DNA of 64,000 bases from Cenarchaeum sp. Lineage in GTDB: Archaea; Thermoproteota; Nitrososphaeria; Nitrososphaerales; Nitrosopumilaceae. The notes beneath the pieces were generated by a model. It ran no database searches, was not told where the DNA came from, and was given only the letters and a program-made list of their open reading frames with translations. The position numbers were made by a program, and so were the translations under genes. The stretch covers positions 576,001 to 640,000 of the forward strand of contig OY843768.1 in the NCBI GenBank assembly GCA_963693095.2, read 5' to 3'. Position 1 is the first letter of the stretch, and the number at the start of each line of letters is the position of its first letter. This document shows, piece by piece, positions 32,231 to 41,206 of this stretch.

Positions 32231-34021
32231 TTGGCCTTTTGCACCAACTGTGGACGGGAATTAAAGGACGAACACAAGTTTTGTCCATCATGCGGCACGG
32301 CCGCGGCAGGGTCTGAACCAACTCAAACATCAGAACCAGAACACACGCAAGAACGTGCTGCGAATCCACCTGAACCGATCGCCGCCTCCGCCCCGGAGCA
32401 CATGCCCGACGTGGCGTCAGAATCCCCTGATGCGCTTCGCCAAGCTGGTTCTCCATACATGATAGATCGCAAAACGCTTTTTGAGGACGGTATGTTGGTA
32501 ATGACGTCTAATGACCTCATTCTTTATTCCAGTGACGAGCAAGACGAGCTCCTCCGCCTTCCTGTATCAAAAATTGACTCGTGTGGGTATAGCATGATGC
32601 GCCGTAAACTCGTTGTGAAACGACGAGTGCACAAAGACGATAATCTTCAGCAGATCATCATACAGAAAGATCGTGATATTGCAGATTTAGTCTCCAAAAA
32701 AGAAGCTCTGATAAAAAGCAAAAGGGAAACTCGCGTGAAACAAGAACGTAAAAAACTAGAGAATGAAATCAATGACACAAAGAAAGAGTTGGGTGGTCTT
32801 CAAAAAGAAAAAGATGCACTTGAAAAAGACCCTGCAACTATCCAGCAAGCGATGGAAGAATGTGCAGATACAGAAAATGTGTCGTTTAGATTAAGTGATG
32901 GATCGCGTGATGAGTATCGTATATGGGAACACGTGATCAATCGACGCATCCAGGGTGTTGAGCGTTTAAAGGTGGAGTCGCTTCCTTATGGGGCTGTTGT
33001 GCTCATTAACGGCTCACCAGTTGGAACAACGCCTATCACAGTGGACAAGCCTATTGTGGATGATGCCATACTGTCTGGCAAGTATGATGTGTCGATCTTG
33101 ATGGAAGGCCATGAGGCAGCACTTCACCGTGTGTCAGTTGGATGTGGGGGAGAGTCAACTATCCTACATGACAACATCCGGAAAATTGATGTCCCTGATG
33201 TGGATCTTGACACACAAGTGTCCAAGCTACGTGCTAACGCACCCGTACTGAGTATAGATCTTTCTCAATGTGGTGTAATGCGAGAAGTAGAGTGCAGCAA
33301 TGAAAAGCTGGTTTTAACATCTGATGCATTACTTGTTGTTTCAAAACTTGGAGACGTTCTCTATTATGAAATACCCTATAGAGCAATCGCTGATATCAGT
33401 TACGGAGGCAGGCTTTTTGGGCGACTTGGAACTAAACATATGCGCATCACTTATCGCGAATTGCCTTACCCAAATTTGAATTTGGAGTTGGTATTGGATG
33501 ATTGCGAGGGGACAATCTCTGAAGCTGAGTTAAAGCGTCGTGGTGAGAGTGTTGTTGAGCTTGCGCGTGCTCATCGAGACGATGCTGAAACTAAGACTAG
33601 ATCACGCATACGACGTCCATCTCAACATTATGTGATTACTGAACAGGATTTAAACAATGACTTTCGACGATTCAGCCCAATAGATTTTGAAACTGTTATT
33701 ATGAAGCTATTTGAAAAAATGGGATACAATGCAACGGTGGGTCCTGGAAGGAGCGACTTTGGAGCTGATGTGATCGCACGTAGTGGTGGCGAAACACTGG
33801 TGATTCAAGTAAAGCACTGGGATGGAAAAGTTGGCGGCCCTGACGTGCATAAAACTCTGGGTTGCATGCCAACATTTTCTGCCCAACGTGCTATTGTGGT
33901 CACAACATCAGATTTTACAAATCAGGCCTATGAGATACAAAACCTTGGATCTCCAGTAGAACTCTGGAATGGTGAAAAGCTCAAAGACAAAATTCGTCAG
34001 TATATGTTGGGGCAGGAATAG
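32231..34021 (+). CDS. Mrr-family (type IV-like) restriction endonuclease fused to N-terminal Zn ribbon, PH-like segments, coiled coil and PEGA-like domain
   Basis: N-terminal FCTNCG...FCPSCG. PEGA-like 'VESLPYGAVVLINGSPVGTTPI'. C-terminal 'FETVIMKLFEKMGY...DFGADVIA...IQVKHW...VVTTSDFT.QA' (Mrr_cat D...QxK). A TTG start at 32231 fits the TTTAAT box at ~32200. AT-richer than the flanks. Confidence 0.8.
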   Translation: MAFCTNCGRELKDEHKFCPSCGTAAAGSEPTQTSEPEHTQERAANPPEPIAASAPEHMPDVASESPDALRQAGSPYMIDRKTLFEDGMLVMTSNDLILYSSDEQDELLRLPVSKIDSCGYSMMRRKLVVKRRVHKDDNLQQIIIQKDRDIADLVSKKEALIKSKRETRVKQERKKLENEINDTKKELGGLQKEKDALEKDPATIQQAMEECADTENVSFRLSDGSRDEYRIWEHVINRRIQGVERLKVESLPYGAVVLINGSPVGTTPITVDKPIVDDAILSGKYDVSILMEGHEAALHRVSVGCGGESTILHDNIRKIDVPDVDLDTQVSKLRANAPVLSIDLSQCGVMREVECSNEKLVLTSDALLVVSKLGDVLYYEIPYRAIADISYGGRLFGRLGTKHMRITYRELPYPNLNLELVLDDCEGTISEAELKRRGESVVELARAHRDDAETKTRSRIRRPSQHYVITEQDLNNDFRRFSPIDFETVIMKLFEKMGYNATVGPGRSDFGADVIARSGGETLVIQVKHWDGKVGGPDVHKTLGCMPTFSAQRAIVVTTSDFTNQAYEIQNLGSPVELWNGEKLKDKIRQYMLGQE

Positions 34022-35039
34022 CTCTACTTTGCTCGACCATGGTGCCCTAATTTGTGACGGCACTTATAGTGTGCACTGAACCCATACAACAAAATCTGAT
34101 GATGCTGGGTAGATAGGCCACTCCCTGTAACACGTAATCAGCACCAGTCGAGATTACCCAGATCCTGATGGGGCAAGAATCAGATATGGTCACGATCACA
34201 TGCAGGCTATGTTCGTCGATGGAGACCGGACTGGCCTGCGCGCCTCAATAGTCGAAATCAGGATGAGGGCGGTGTGGAATGGCGGGATGATTGTGGCTGT
34301 CTACCGTATGACAGGCTCTGATGCACAATTGTTCTAGGACGTGGGACTTGTGGCAATCTCCACATGTTGCCAAAATCACGCCTAAAAGCTGTGTGGAACG
34401 CCACAATTGATGGATCGTCTTTCCGCGCCTAGGGGAGCCTGAGACACGTACTGAGAGGGGAAAAACTCGGCGATCGGCCACCATGGTGTTCACTACGTGG
34501 GCATATCTGTCGCTACGCAAGAGTCACACCTGACATACGAAGGAAGTTATGATCACACTGTGTGCATCTGACAGATCCCAGTTGATGTCCTAACCGCAAA
34601 AGAACTGCCTTGCATCTAGTGGTGATAGTTTGACTTTGCAGTGTTGTGTGCTGCGAGCTCGTGACGCACATCCTCGAACACGTGACTGCTCTGACCAGAC
34701 GAGTCTCAAAAGCACAAGAGTTGCGCAATGTCGCAAGTGTGTGCTGGTGTCGAGTCGGAGAGTGCGCTGACCGGCGTCTCGTGGACGTGGCCACATGGGA
34801 CGGGGTGATGAGCCGCAATGGGGAGACAGACGACATGGGCGGGAGCTGACATGGCCGGCACGGCAGTGCCGTGGCGCCGAGTTCGGCGTCGAGCCCCGGC
34901 TGCCGCACCGGCGCGCCATTGTGCGGGGTGAGAGGATCCGGCATGATCCTGGATCGCAGGGTCGACACGTCCGTGGACTGCCCGTTTTTGGGCGGATCCG
35001 GCCGCTTTGTATAAATTAGAGCCAATGTGGGGGTGCGCC

Positions 35040-35420
35040 ATGAGAAAGTCGATGGAGAATCTTGCCACGAGCAAGATCACCGGGGGACGCAGGAGGCCAC
35101 TGAGGATACGGCGCAAGTACGAGATAAACCGCTATCCAAACGAGGCGCCGGCCGGCCCGCAGGCGACTGTCACGCGCAGCACGCGCGGTGGCGTGCTAAA
35201 GACTGCGCTAAAGGCAGCAGACTATGCAAACCTCACCGCTCCCGGAGCAAAGACAGTTCGCACAAAGATACTAAAGGTTCTTGACAACCCAACCAACAAC
35301 GATTACCGTCGGCGTGGAATCATCACGCGCGGCGCCGTACTCGAGACGGAGGCCGGCAAGTGCAGGGTCGTCTCGCGTCCTGGACAGGACGGCGCAGTCA
35401 ACGCAGTGCCGGTGCAATGA
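35040..35420 (+). CDS. rps8e: 30S ribosomal protein S8e
   Basis: KITGGRRRPLRIRRKYE...RRGIITRGAVLETEAGKCRVVSRPGQDGAVNAV. Upstream TTTGTATAAATT box at ~35006-35017. Confidence 0.97.
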   Translation: MRKSMENLATSKITGGRRRPLRIRRKYEINRYPNEAPAGPQATVTRSTRGGVLKTALKAADYANLTAPGAKTVRTKILKVLDNPTNNDYRRRGIITRGAVLETEAGKCRVVSRPGQDGAVNAVPVQ

Positions 35421-35725
35421 AGGACTATGATCACATAGTCGTTTGGCTGGACTATTTCAACAAGACCATAACGAGGGCAAAGGGCCGACGCCTTGGCCGA
35501 GAGAGCTGTGTCTTTGACCCGTCGCTCGCCGAGCTCGAGGGGGCCGCCAAGGCTGCGGGCCTCGAGGTCTCGGCATCCGAGTCCTCGGTGAGGTACCCGC
35601 GGCGCCAGTATGTTCGCTCGGGCTATATCACGGTGCCAAAGTCTGCCTCAAAGTCATCACTCCTTGCGACCATCTCCTCGCGCCTGGTCGAGGCGCGAGC
35701 TAGGCGCAAAAAAGATCGCTCCTAG
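35417..35725 (+). CDS. srp19: Signal recognition particle 19 kDa protein
   Basis: VVWLDYFNKTITRAKGRRL...YPR...SGYITV. ATGA overlap with rps8e. Confidence 0.92.
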   Translation: MKDYDHIVVWLDYFNKTITRAKGRRLGRESCVFDPSLAELEGAAKAAGLEVSASESSVRYPRRQYVRSGYITVPKSASKSSLLATISSRLVEARARRKKDRS

Positions 35726-35787
35726 CTCTAAGATCAAGTATTTTTGACCGGACCCTTATGATATAGGGTGTATTGACCCCCTGTCAC

Positions 35788-36921
35788 TTGCAGGAGGTAG
35801 GACATGTGACACACGTCGCAAAGAGTGGAAGGGTCATCGTTGAGCTGGCAGCCTCGGTCAGGGACGGGACGGTCCTGTGCGACAGCCTCGGAACCCGCCT
35901 CGCGCGCGTGATGGAGACGATAGGTCCGGTCTCGCGTCCATTCGCCTCGGCTAGCCCAATAACCAACAACATGTCACCGCACGTCGGCAAGGAGATATTT
36001 GCGATTGACGAGGAGCGCGCCTCAACACGGTACGAGAGCCGCACGCGGACAAATGATGATGATGACAATGGTGGCGAGCCCCAGACAGAACGCTCCGAGC
36101 GCACCTCGAGCACGTCACGCGAGGAGCGCACACCTGCACGGCGCGAAGGTGGCGGATCGCGCTCGCGTGGGCAGGGCAGGTACTCTGAGCGTCGGGGACC
36201 GGCGCGACGCGACTCTTACTCAAAGTCCGGACGCAGCGACGGCCGGCGCACTCCACGGCGCGACGGCGGGCCGGCCTCGCGTGGACAGGGCAGGTACTCT
36301 GATCGCAGGGGGCCTTCACGGCGCGACTCTTACTCAAAGTCTGGAAGCAGCGACGGCGGTCAGGGCAGGTACTCTGATCGCAGGGGGCCTTCACGGCGCG
36401 ACTCTTACTCAAAGTCCGGAAGCAGCGACGGCGGCCAGGGCAGGTACTCTGATCGCAGGGGGCCTTCACGGCGCGACTCTTACTCAAAGCCAAGTCGCGA
36501 GGGCGGTCAGGGCAGGTACTCTGATCGCAAGGGGCCTGCGCGGCGCGACTCTTACTCAAAGCCAGGACGCGACGGCGGCCAGGGCAGGTACTCTGATCGC
36601 AGGGGGCCTTCACGGCGTGACGACTATTCAAAGTCGGCGCGCAGTGACGACAGGCCATCGTCTCGCGGCCAGGGCAGGTACTCTGATCGCAGGGGACCGG
36701 CGCGGCGCGACAGCTATTCGTCATCATCTCGCAGCGGACCGCGCGGTGACGGCCGTCGCGCACCGCCAAGGCGCGGTCCGGCCCGACGTGACGCAAGCTC
36801 GGGGACGCCGCGAGAGGACGGCGGCCATGGCGCGTCGCGCAACAATGTCACATTTAGGTCGCGCGGGCCGGATCGACGTGGAACCGGCCGTCGCGACAGG
36901 ACAGGGAGGCGGCGTGAATGA
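35788..36921 (+). CDS. gar1: H/ACA RNP protein Gar1/Naf1 with long C-terminal Arg/Gly/Ser-rich repeat extension
   Basis: N-terminal (L/M)QEVGHVTHVAKSGRVIVEL...ARVMETIGPVSRPFAS is the Gar1 core. It sits in the usual srp19-gar1-tfb order. About 300 aa of low-complexity tail follows in frame. Confidence 0.85.
   Translation: MQEVGHVTHVAKSGRVIVELAASVRDGTVLCDSLGTRLARVMETIGPVSRPFASASPITNNMSPHVGKEIFAIDEERASTRYESRTRTNDDDDNGGEPQTERSERTSSTSREERTPARREGGGSRSRGQGRYSERRGPARRDSYSKSGRSDGRRTPRRDGGPASRGQGRYSDRRGPSRRDSYSKSGSSDGGQGRYSDRRGPSRRDSYSKSGSSDGGQGRYSDRRGPSRRDSYSKPSREGGQGRYSDRKGPARRDSYSKPGRDGGQGRYSDRRGPSRRDDYSKSARSDDRPSSRGQGRYSDRRGPARRDSYSSSSRSGPRGDGRRAPPRRGPARRDASSGTPREDGGHGASRNNVTFRSRGPDRRGTGRRDRTGRRRE
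36172..36720 (+). repeat. Coding tandem repeat, 7 copies of CAGGGCAGGTACTCTGA.. (GQGRYSDRRGP.RRDSYSK)
   Basis: Copies start at 36172, 36286, 36361, 36436, 36508, 36580 and 36670. Spacings of 114/75/75/72/72/90 are all multiples of 3. Confidence 0.93.
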
Positions 36922-37862
36922 GCAAACTCGAGGTTCCCGCGTGTGCCGAGTGCAGCAGCACGTCACTCATTGACGACCTCGAGCGCGGCGAGACGGTCTG
37001 CCAGTCATGCGGAATCGTTGCGGCCGACCAGATGGTCGACCATGGCCCGGAGACCGCACGCACGGGCTATGAGGACAAGATGAACCTTGCGCGCGCGTCA
37101 GGAACGATGACATACTCGCAGCATGACCTTGGCCTCTCCACGACCATAGCGACCACGTCGAGGGACTTTAGCGGCAAGTCGATATGCTCTGACACGGCCT
37201 CGACGATGCGGCGCCTCGACAAGTGGCAGTCGCGCGTGCGCGTGACGAGCAACGACGAGAGGCGCCTAGTCGGCATGCTCTCAAAGCTCGGAGACGTGTG
37301 CCGCAGCCTGGACCTGCCTGACAACGTCCTAGAGACGGCCTCCATGATATACCGTGACCTTGACGGCAAGGCAGTCAAGGGGCGCCACATCGACAGCATG
37401 GCCGTCGCGACAGTCTACATGGCATGCCAGCGCTGCGAGATCGTCAGGTCACTTGAGGACATCTGCCGCAGCTTTTGCGACCCGCGCGAGATCCGCTCAA
37501 AGACAAAGCTCGCAGCAAAGTACTATCGTGACATGCGCCTGAGCATGGAGACGGCACCGACAATATCAGTCACGATGGACCGGAGAATATCGCAGATAGC
37601 CAACATCACGAGGACAGACCCGCGCGTTGAGCGCCTCGCGCTCAGGCTGGCCGACAAGACGCGCAACGGCGGCTTTGCCGGAGGCAAGACGCCGCAGGGA
37701 ATAGCGGCCGCGTACCTCTATGTCGCCTCGATCCTAAGGGGCCAGAGCGTGCTGCAGCGCGACATCTCGTCTGTGGCGCAGGTCACCGAGGTGACGATTC
37801 GCAGCCGCTGCAAGGATCTCTTGGCAAGCTATCGCCTCGTCGTGACGCTCTCGCCTGCATGA
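36918..37862 (+). CDS. tfb: Transcription initiation factor IIB (TFB) with Zn ribbon
   Basis: CAEC...GETVCQSCG Zn ribbon, HDLGLST B-reader, two cyclin repeats (KGR..., GKTPQGIAAAYLY, QVTEVTIRSR). Confidence 0.95.
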   Translation: MSKLEVPACAECSSTSLIDDLERGETVCQSCGIVAADQMVDHGPETARTGYEDKMNLARASGTMTYSQHDLGLSTTIATTSRDFSGKSICSDTASTMRRLDKWQSRVRVTSNDERRLVGMLSKLGDVCRSLDLPDNVLETASMIYRDLDGKAVKGRHIDSMAVATVYMACQRCEIVRSLEDICRSFCDPREIRSKTKLAAKYYRDMRLSMETAPTISVTMDRRISQIANITRTDPRVERLALRLADKTRNGGFAGGKTPQGIAAAYLYVASILRGQSVLQRDISSVAQVTEVTIRSRCKDLLASYRLVVTLSPA

Positions 37863-37924
37863 CGCCTTAGGGCAAGCTAAGATACGCCAATGCTATATAA
37901 CTCGGGACTGGTGCCCCATGCCAG

Positions 37925-38695
37925 TTGGCACGCCTAGAGATACGGGACCTGCACGTAAAGCGCGAGGGCAAGGAGATCCTAAAGGGGGTAAACCTCACGA
38001 CTGGTCCCGGCGAGGTCCATGCGATAATGGGGCCCAACGGCTCTGGCAAGTCCACGCTGGCATACACGCTGCTTGCGCACCCAAAGTACGAGGTCGTCTC
38101 TGGTGACATACTCCTTGACGGCGAGAGCATCATGGGCATGTCTGCTGATGAGCGCTCAAGGAAGGGGCTCTTTTTGGGGTTCCAGTACCCCGTCGAGGTC
38201 TCCGGCGTCGGCTATTCGCACTTTTTGCGCACGTCATACAACTCGCTCAGCAAGGCCATACAGGGCGATGAGCGCGAGGTCTTTATCACGGTTCGAGAGT
38301 TCCAAAAGTACCTAAAGGAGAACCTGGCGCGCGTTGGGCTAAAGGACGAGTTTTTGAGCCGCTACCTCAACGAGGGCTTTTCGGGAGGCGAGAAAAAGCG
38401 CTCCGAGGTCCTGCAGATGGCGGTCCTAAAGCCAAAGGTGTCGATACTCGACGAGCCAGACTCGGGACTAGACATTGACGCAGTTCAGTCCGTGGCCAAG
38501 GCGATAAGCGAGGTGTCAGGCAAGGACTCGACAGTCATCGTGATAACGCACTATGCGCGAATACTAAAGTTCCTCAACAAGCTAGATCATGTCCACGTCT
38601 TTGCCGAGGGTCGCGTGATCAAGAGCGGTGACGCGTCCCTGGCTGACGAGCTAGAGTCAAAGGGGTACGAGTGGGCAATAACGTCGGCGACATAG
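37925..38695 (+). CDS. sufC: Fe-S cluster assembly ATPase SufC
   Basis: GPNGSGKST, GLFLGFQYPVE, RYLNEGFSGGEKKRSE, LDEPDSGLDIDA, ITHYARIL. TATATAA box at ~37894-37900. Confidence 0.96.
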   Translation: MARLEIRDLHVKREGKEILKGVNLTTGPGEVHAIMGPNGSGKSTLAYTLLAHPKYEVVSGDILLDGESIMGMSADERSRKGLFLGFQYPVEVSGVGYSHFLRTSYNSLSKAIQGDEREVFITVREFQKYLKENLARVGLKDEFLSRYLNEGFSGGEKKRSEVLQMAVLKPKVSILDEPDSGLDIDAVQSVAKAISEVSGKDSTVIVITHYARILKFLNKLDHVHVFAEGRVIKSGDASLADELESKGYEWAITSAT

Positions 38696-38746
38696 GTGAT
38701 CCTACGATGCGCCAAAATGCATCCAATGGGAGTGTTGAGTTCCGTC

Positions 38747-39412
38747 ATGCCTGACATGCGCACAATCCTGGAAAAGTCCATGGATGGGCTGACCTGGAAC
38801 ATCAGCGGAATTGTGCATTCGGACAACACCATCTCTAGCCTTCCTCCGGAATCTCGTGTGGTCACAGAGCTATTACAATCTGCAGTCATTAGGCGCCTTT
38901 TATTGCTCCCAAAAACGTATCCGCAGTTATCGGTTACTGATTATTCTCAATTTGGACGAAGTTACCCTGATGCTGCAATTAATTGGAATGGTGACTTGCA
39001 TGCCATTGACGTCAAGTCAGCAAGGGTTGTCCCAACGGTTCCAAATCGTATAACTCGTATGACGTTAGGGACTTACAACGGTTATTTTTTGCACCCCAAT
39101 GAAAAAAAATTACATAATAACAAATATTGCTATAATGATTATCATCAACATTGGGTAATCGCACTTATCTATCATTGGAAACCTAGAGAAACAACACAGA
39201 ACATGGTCACAATCAACTCCGTTTGCGTTGGACAAAAATGGCAATTTGCTGGAACAGTTGCTGGTTCAGGCGACACTGCAAACATTGGTGGCATTACTTC
39301 ATTGAGGCGTTTACAAACCCTCGATAGTGTTTTTGCCAATAATGAGAAATTTGAGCAATACTGGCGAGACTACGCTAAAAAGCATCCCAGAAAACGCACA
39401 CAAATTTCTTGA
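38747..39412 (+). CDS. EcoRV-family type II restriction endonuclease (start uncertain; ORF open from 38696)
   Basis: YPD...AIDVKS catalytic core, TLGTYNGYF, HWVIALIY, KWQFAGTVAGSGDTANIGGI and FEQYWRDY all parallel R.EcoRV motifs. AT-rich. Confidence 0.85.
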   Translation: MPDMRTILEKSMDGLTWNISGIVHSDNTISSLPPESRVVTELLQSAVIRRLLLLPKTYPQLSVTDYSQFGRSYPDAAINWNGDLHAIDVKSARVVPTVPNRITRMTLGTYNGYFLHPNEKKLHNNKYCYNDYHQHWVIALIYHWKPRETTQNMVTINSVCVGQKWQFAGTVAGSGDTANIGGITSLRRLQTLDSVFANNEKFEQYWRDYAKKHPRKRTQIS

Positions 39413-39414
39413 CT

Positions 39415-40293
39415 TTAATTTTTGATTATCAGAGCCTCAATCATGGGGTGTCTCAAATCCTCTGTTGAACCTAGGTGATAGAAATGCTCGAATGTTTTAA
39501 TTTCGTAATTTTTGAACAACTGAATATCGGGGTTTTTTCTATATTTGTTCTTGTACCACAACGACAATGCAAACTTGCATGGCACACTCTCCAACATCCG
39601 TGACAACTCTGTTATTGCATTTTCATCCCACACGTCATAATAGTTTGCGCTCCTTCCTGAATATGGCGGGTCTAGATAGATAAAATCATTCTTGGTTGCG
39701 TCTAGTAGTGTTTGCTTCCAATCGTTCGTTGTGAACATCCATGATCTATGTGTTTGTAGTGTTGCACATATCCACGTGGATTGATTTGTGATCTTTGTTA
39801 TGTATGACTTGCTAAATCTGCTTGTTTTTCTGCAAAAAGGCACATTGAATTTTCCTTTTGAATTAAACCTCATGAGCCCATTAAATCCAGCTCGATTTAA
39901 AAACAAAAAATCCAACGAATTAAAGTCCTTGTTGAACCTATCGCGAATTTCATAATAGTGGGATTCCCCATCCTTGTGCAATTTGGCCCCCTCAAACTCC
40001 AAATATTCGCGTATTGATTCTGGTGTTATCTTTTTCTTTTGAAGTGCTTTGTAAAAATCAATTATGTGTATATTTGTCTCTGAGCCTAGTGCGTTTTTTG
40101 GAGATGCGTTAAACAACACCACCCCAGATCCCAAAAATGGCTCGATCCACCTGCCTTTGTCGCCCCATTTGACGCTTGTTAGTATGAAATTCACAAGTTT
40201 TGTCTTTATGCCCTGTGTCTTGATTGGGGGCACCTTTACTATTGAACTTCGCTCCTGCGTCGCCATGGTTTGCTGTTGAACTGCCCGCTTCAT
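39415..40293 (-). CDS. M.EcoRV-like N6-adenine DNA methyltransferase (Dam/D12 class)
   Basis: VPPIKTQGIKTKLV, EPFLGSGVV, LDFLFLNRAGFNGLMRFNSKGKFNVPFC, DPPY and EHFYHLGS...PMIEALI closely follow M.EcoRV. AT-rich, convergent with the endonuclease. Confidence 0.92.
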   Translation of the reverse strand: MKRAVQQQTMATQERSSIVKVPPIKTQGIKTKLVNFILTSVKWGDKGRWIEPFLGSGVVLFNASPKNALGSETNIHIIDFYKALQKKKITPESIREYLEFEGAKLHKDGESHYYEIRDRFNKDFNSLDFLFLNRAGFNGLMRFNSKGKFNVPFCRKTSRFSKSYITKITNQSTWICATLQTHRSWMFTTNDWKQTLLDATKNDFIYLDPPYSGRSANYYDVWDENAITELSRMLESVPCKFALSLWYKNKYRKNPDIQLFKNYEIKTFEHFYHLGSTEDLRHPMIEALIIKN

Positions 40294-40501
40294 CGAGACT
40301 GGGTGCCGGCCTTTGGTTTAAGAATTTTACGCCAATCGGGACTGGCCGCCTGGGTGAATTTGCACGGTTTCTAGTCGTGGGCGTCTGGCCGGGACCATGC
40401 CGGATCCTGCGTGTGTGGTCTCGGGGGCGCCGCAGCGTGCCCGCGCAGGCGTGGCGGATCACCGAGCTTAAAATATCCCGTTACCCGCCGCCTCGCTGTC
40501 A

Positions 40502-41206
40502 ATGGACGATTCTGGCGAGCAGGGCGGAGCAGAGGCGGCACCAACGTGGTTTTACACGCACGCGTTCTTCAAGGTGGACCCAAAATGGCGCTGGATGGCC
40601 GACCTGGCAAAATCCGAGTCAGCAAAGGAGGTCGAGGCGACGATGGCCTCATCAGGCGTGCGCTTTAGGACATACTCGACGCTTGGACTGCGCGATGACT
40701 CTGACATACTGTTCTGGTTTGTCTCCGAGTCAGTCGAGAAGATGCAGGAGGCCATATCGCGGCTGTACCTGACGGTCTTTGGAAAGTATATCGTGCCGTC
40801 GCGCTCGTACCTGTCATGCTCGCGCCCCTCGACGTACTCGGGGGGCACTGGCAAGAGCACGACGTCGTTTGCGGACAGCTCCGAGGCGCGCCGCTATGCC
40901 ATAGTCTACCCGTTCACAAAGACGCGCGAGTGGTATCTCCTGCCGATGGCGAGCCGGCGCGAGATGATGTCCGAGCACATACGCGTGAGCCAAAAGTATC
41001 CCGGCATACTCCTCAACACGACATACTCGTTTGGCATACACGACCAGGACTTTATGCTCGCCTTTGAGACTGACAGCCTCGTGGACTTTCAGAGCCTCAT
41101 CGTGGACCTGCGCGCCACGGCCGTCTCGGCGTATGTGCAGTCTGACACGCCGATGATCGTCTGCGTAAAAAAGGACATTGTCCCGCTTATAGAGAGCCTG
41201 GGATAA
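40502..41206 (+). CDS. Chlorite dismutase/coproheme decarboxylase (HemQ/ChdC) family protein
   Basis: YSTLGLRDDSDILFW, VYPFTKTREWYLLP...RREMMSEH, TTYSFGIHDQDFMLAFE. Confidence 0.9.
   Translation: MDDSGEQGGAEAAPTWFYTHAFFKVDPKWRWMADLAKSESAKEVEATMASSGVRFRTYSTLGLRDDSDILFWFVSESVEKMQEAISRLYLTVFGKYIVPSRSYLSCSRPSTYSGGTGKSTTSFADSSEARRYAIVYPFTKTREWYLLPMASRREMMSEHIRVSQKYPGILLNTTYSFGIHDQDFMLAFETDSLVDFQSLIVDLRATAVSAYVQSDTPMIVCVKKDIVPLIESLG

Noticed and set aside
34096-34170. C/D-box-like TGATGA...CTGA with inner CTGGGTA/TACCCAG stem
   Set aside because: The C box is imperfect, there are no clear C'/D' boxes, and I could not identify an rRNA-complementary guide.
36172-36720. Regularly spaced direct repeats resembling a CRISPR array
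   Set aside because: The intervening segments resemble each other, all periods are multiples of 3 within an ORF, and there are no cas genes. This is a coding repeat.
37925-38695. sufC without adjacent sufB/sufD
   Set aside because: The partners can lie elsewhere in the genome, and nothing here shows that the R-M insert displaced them.
38693-40463. GGTGATCC / GGATCACC inverted pair flanking the R-M cassette
   Set aside because: Only 8 bp with no target duplication, so not distinguishable from chance.
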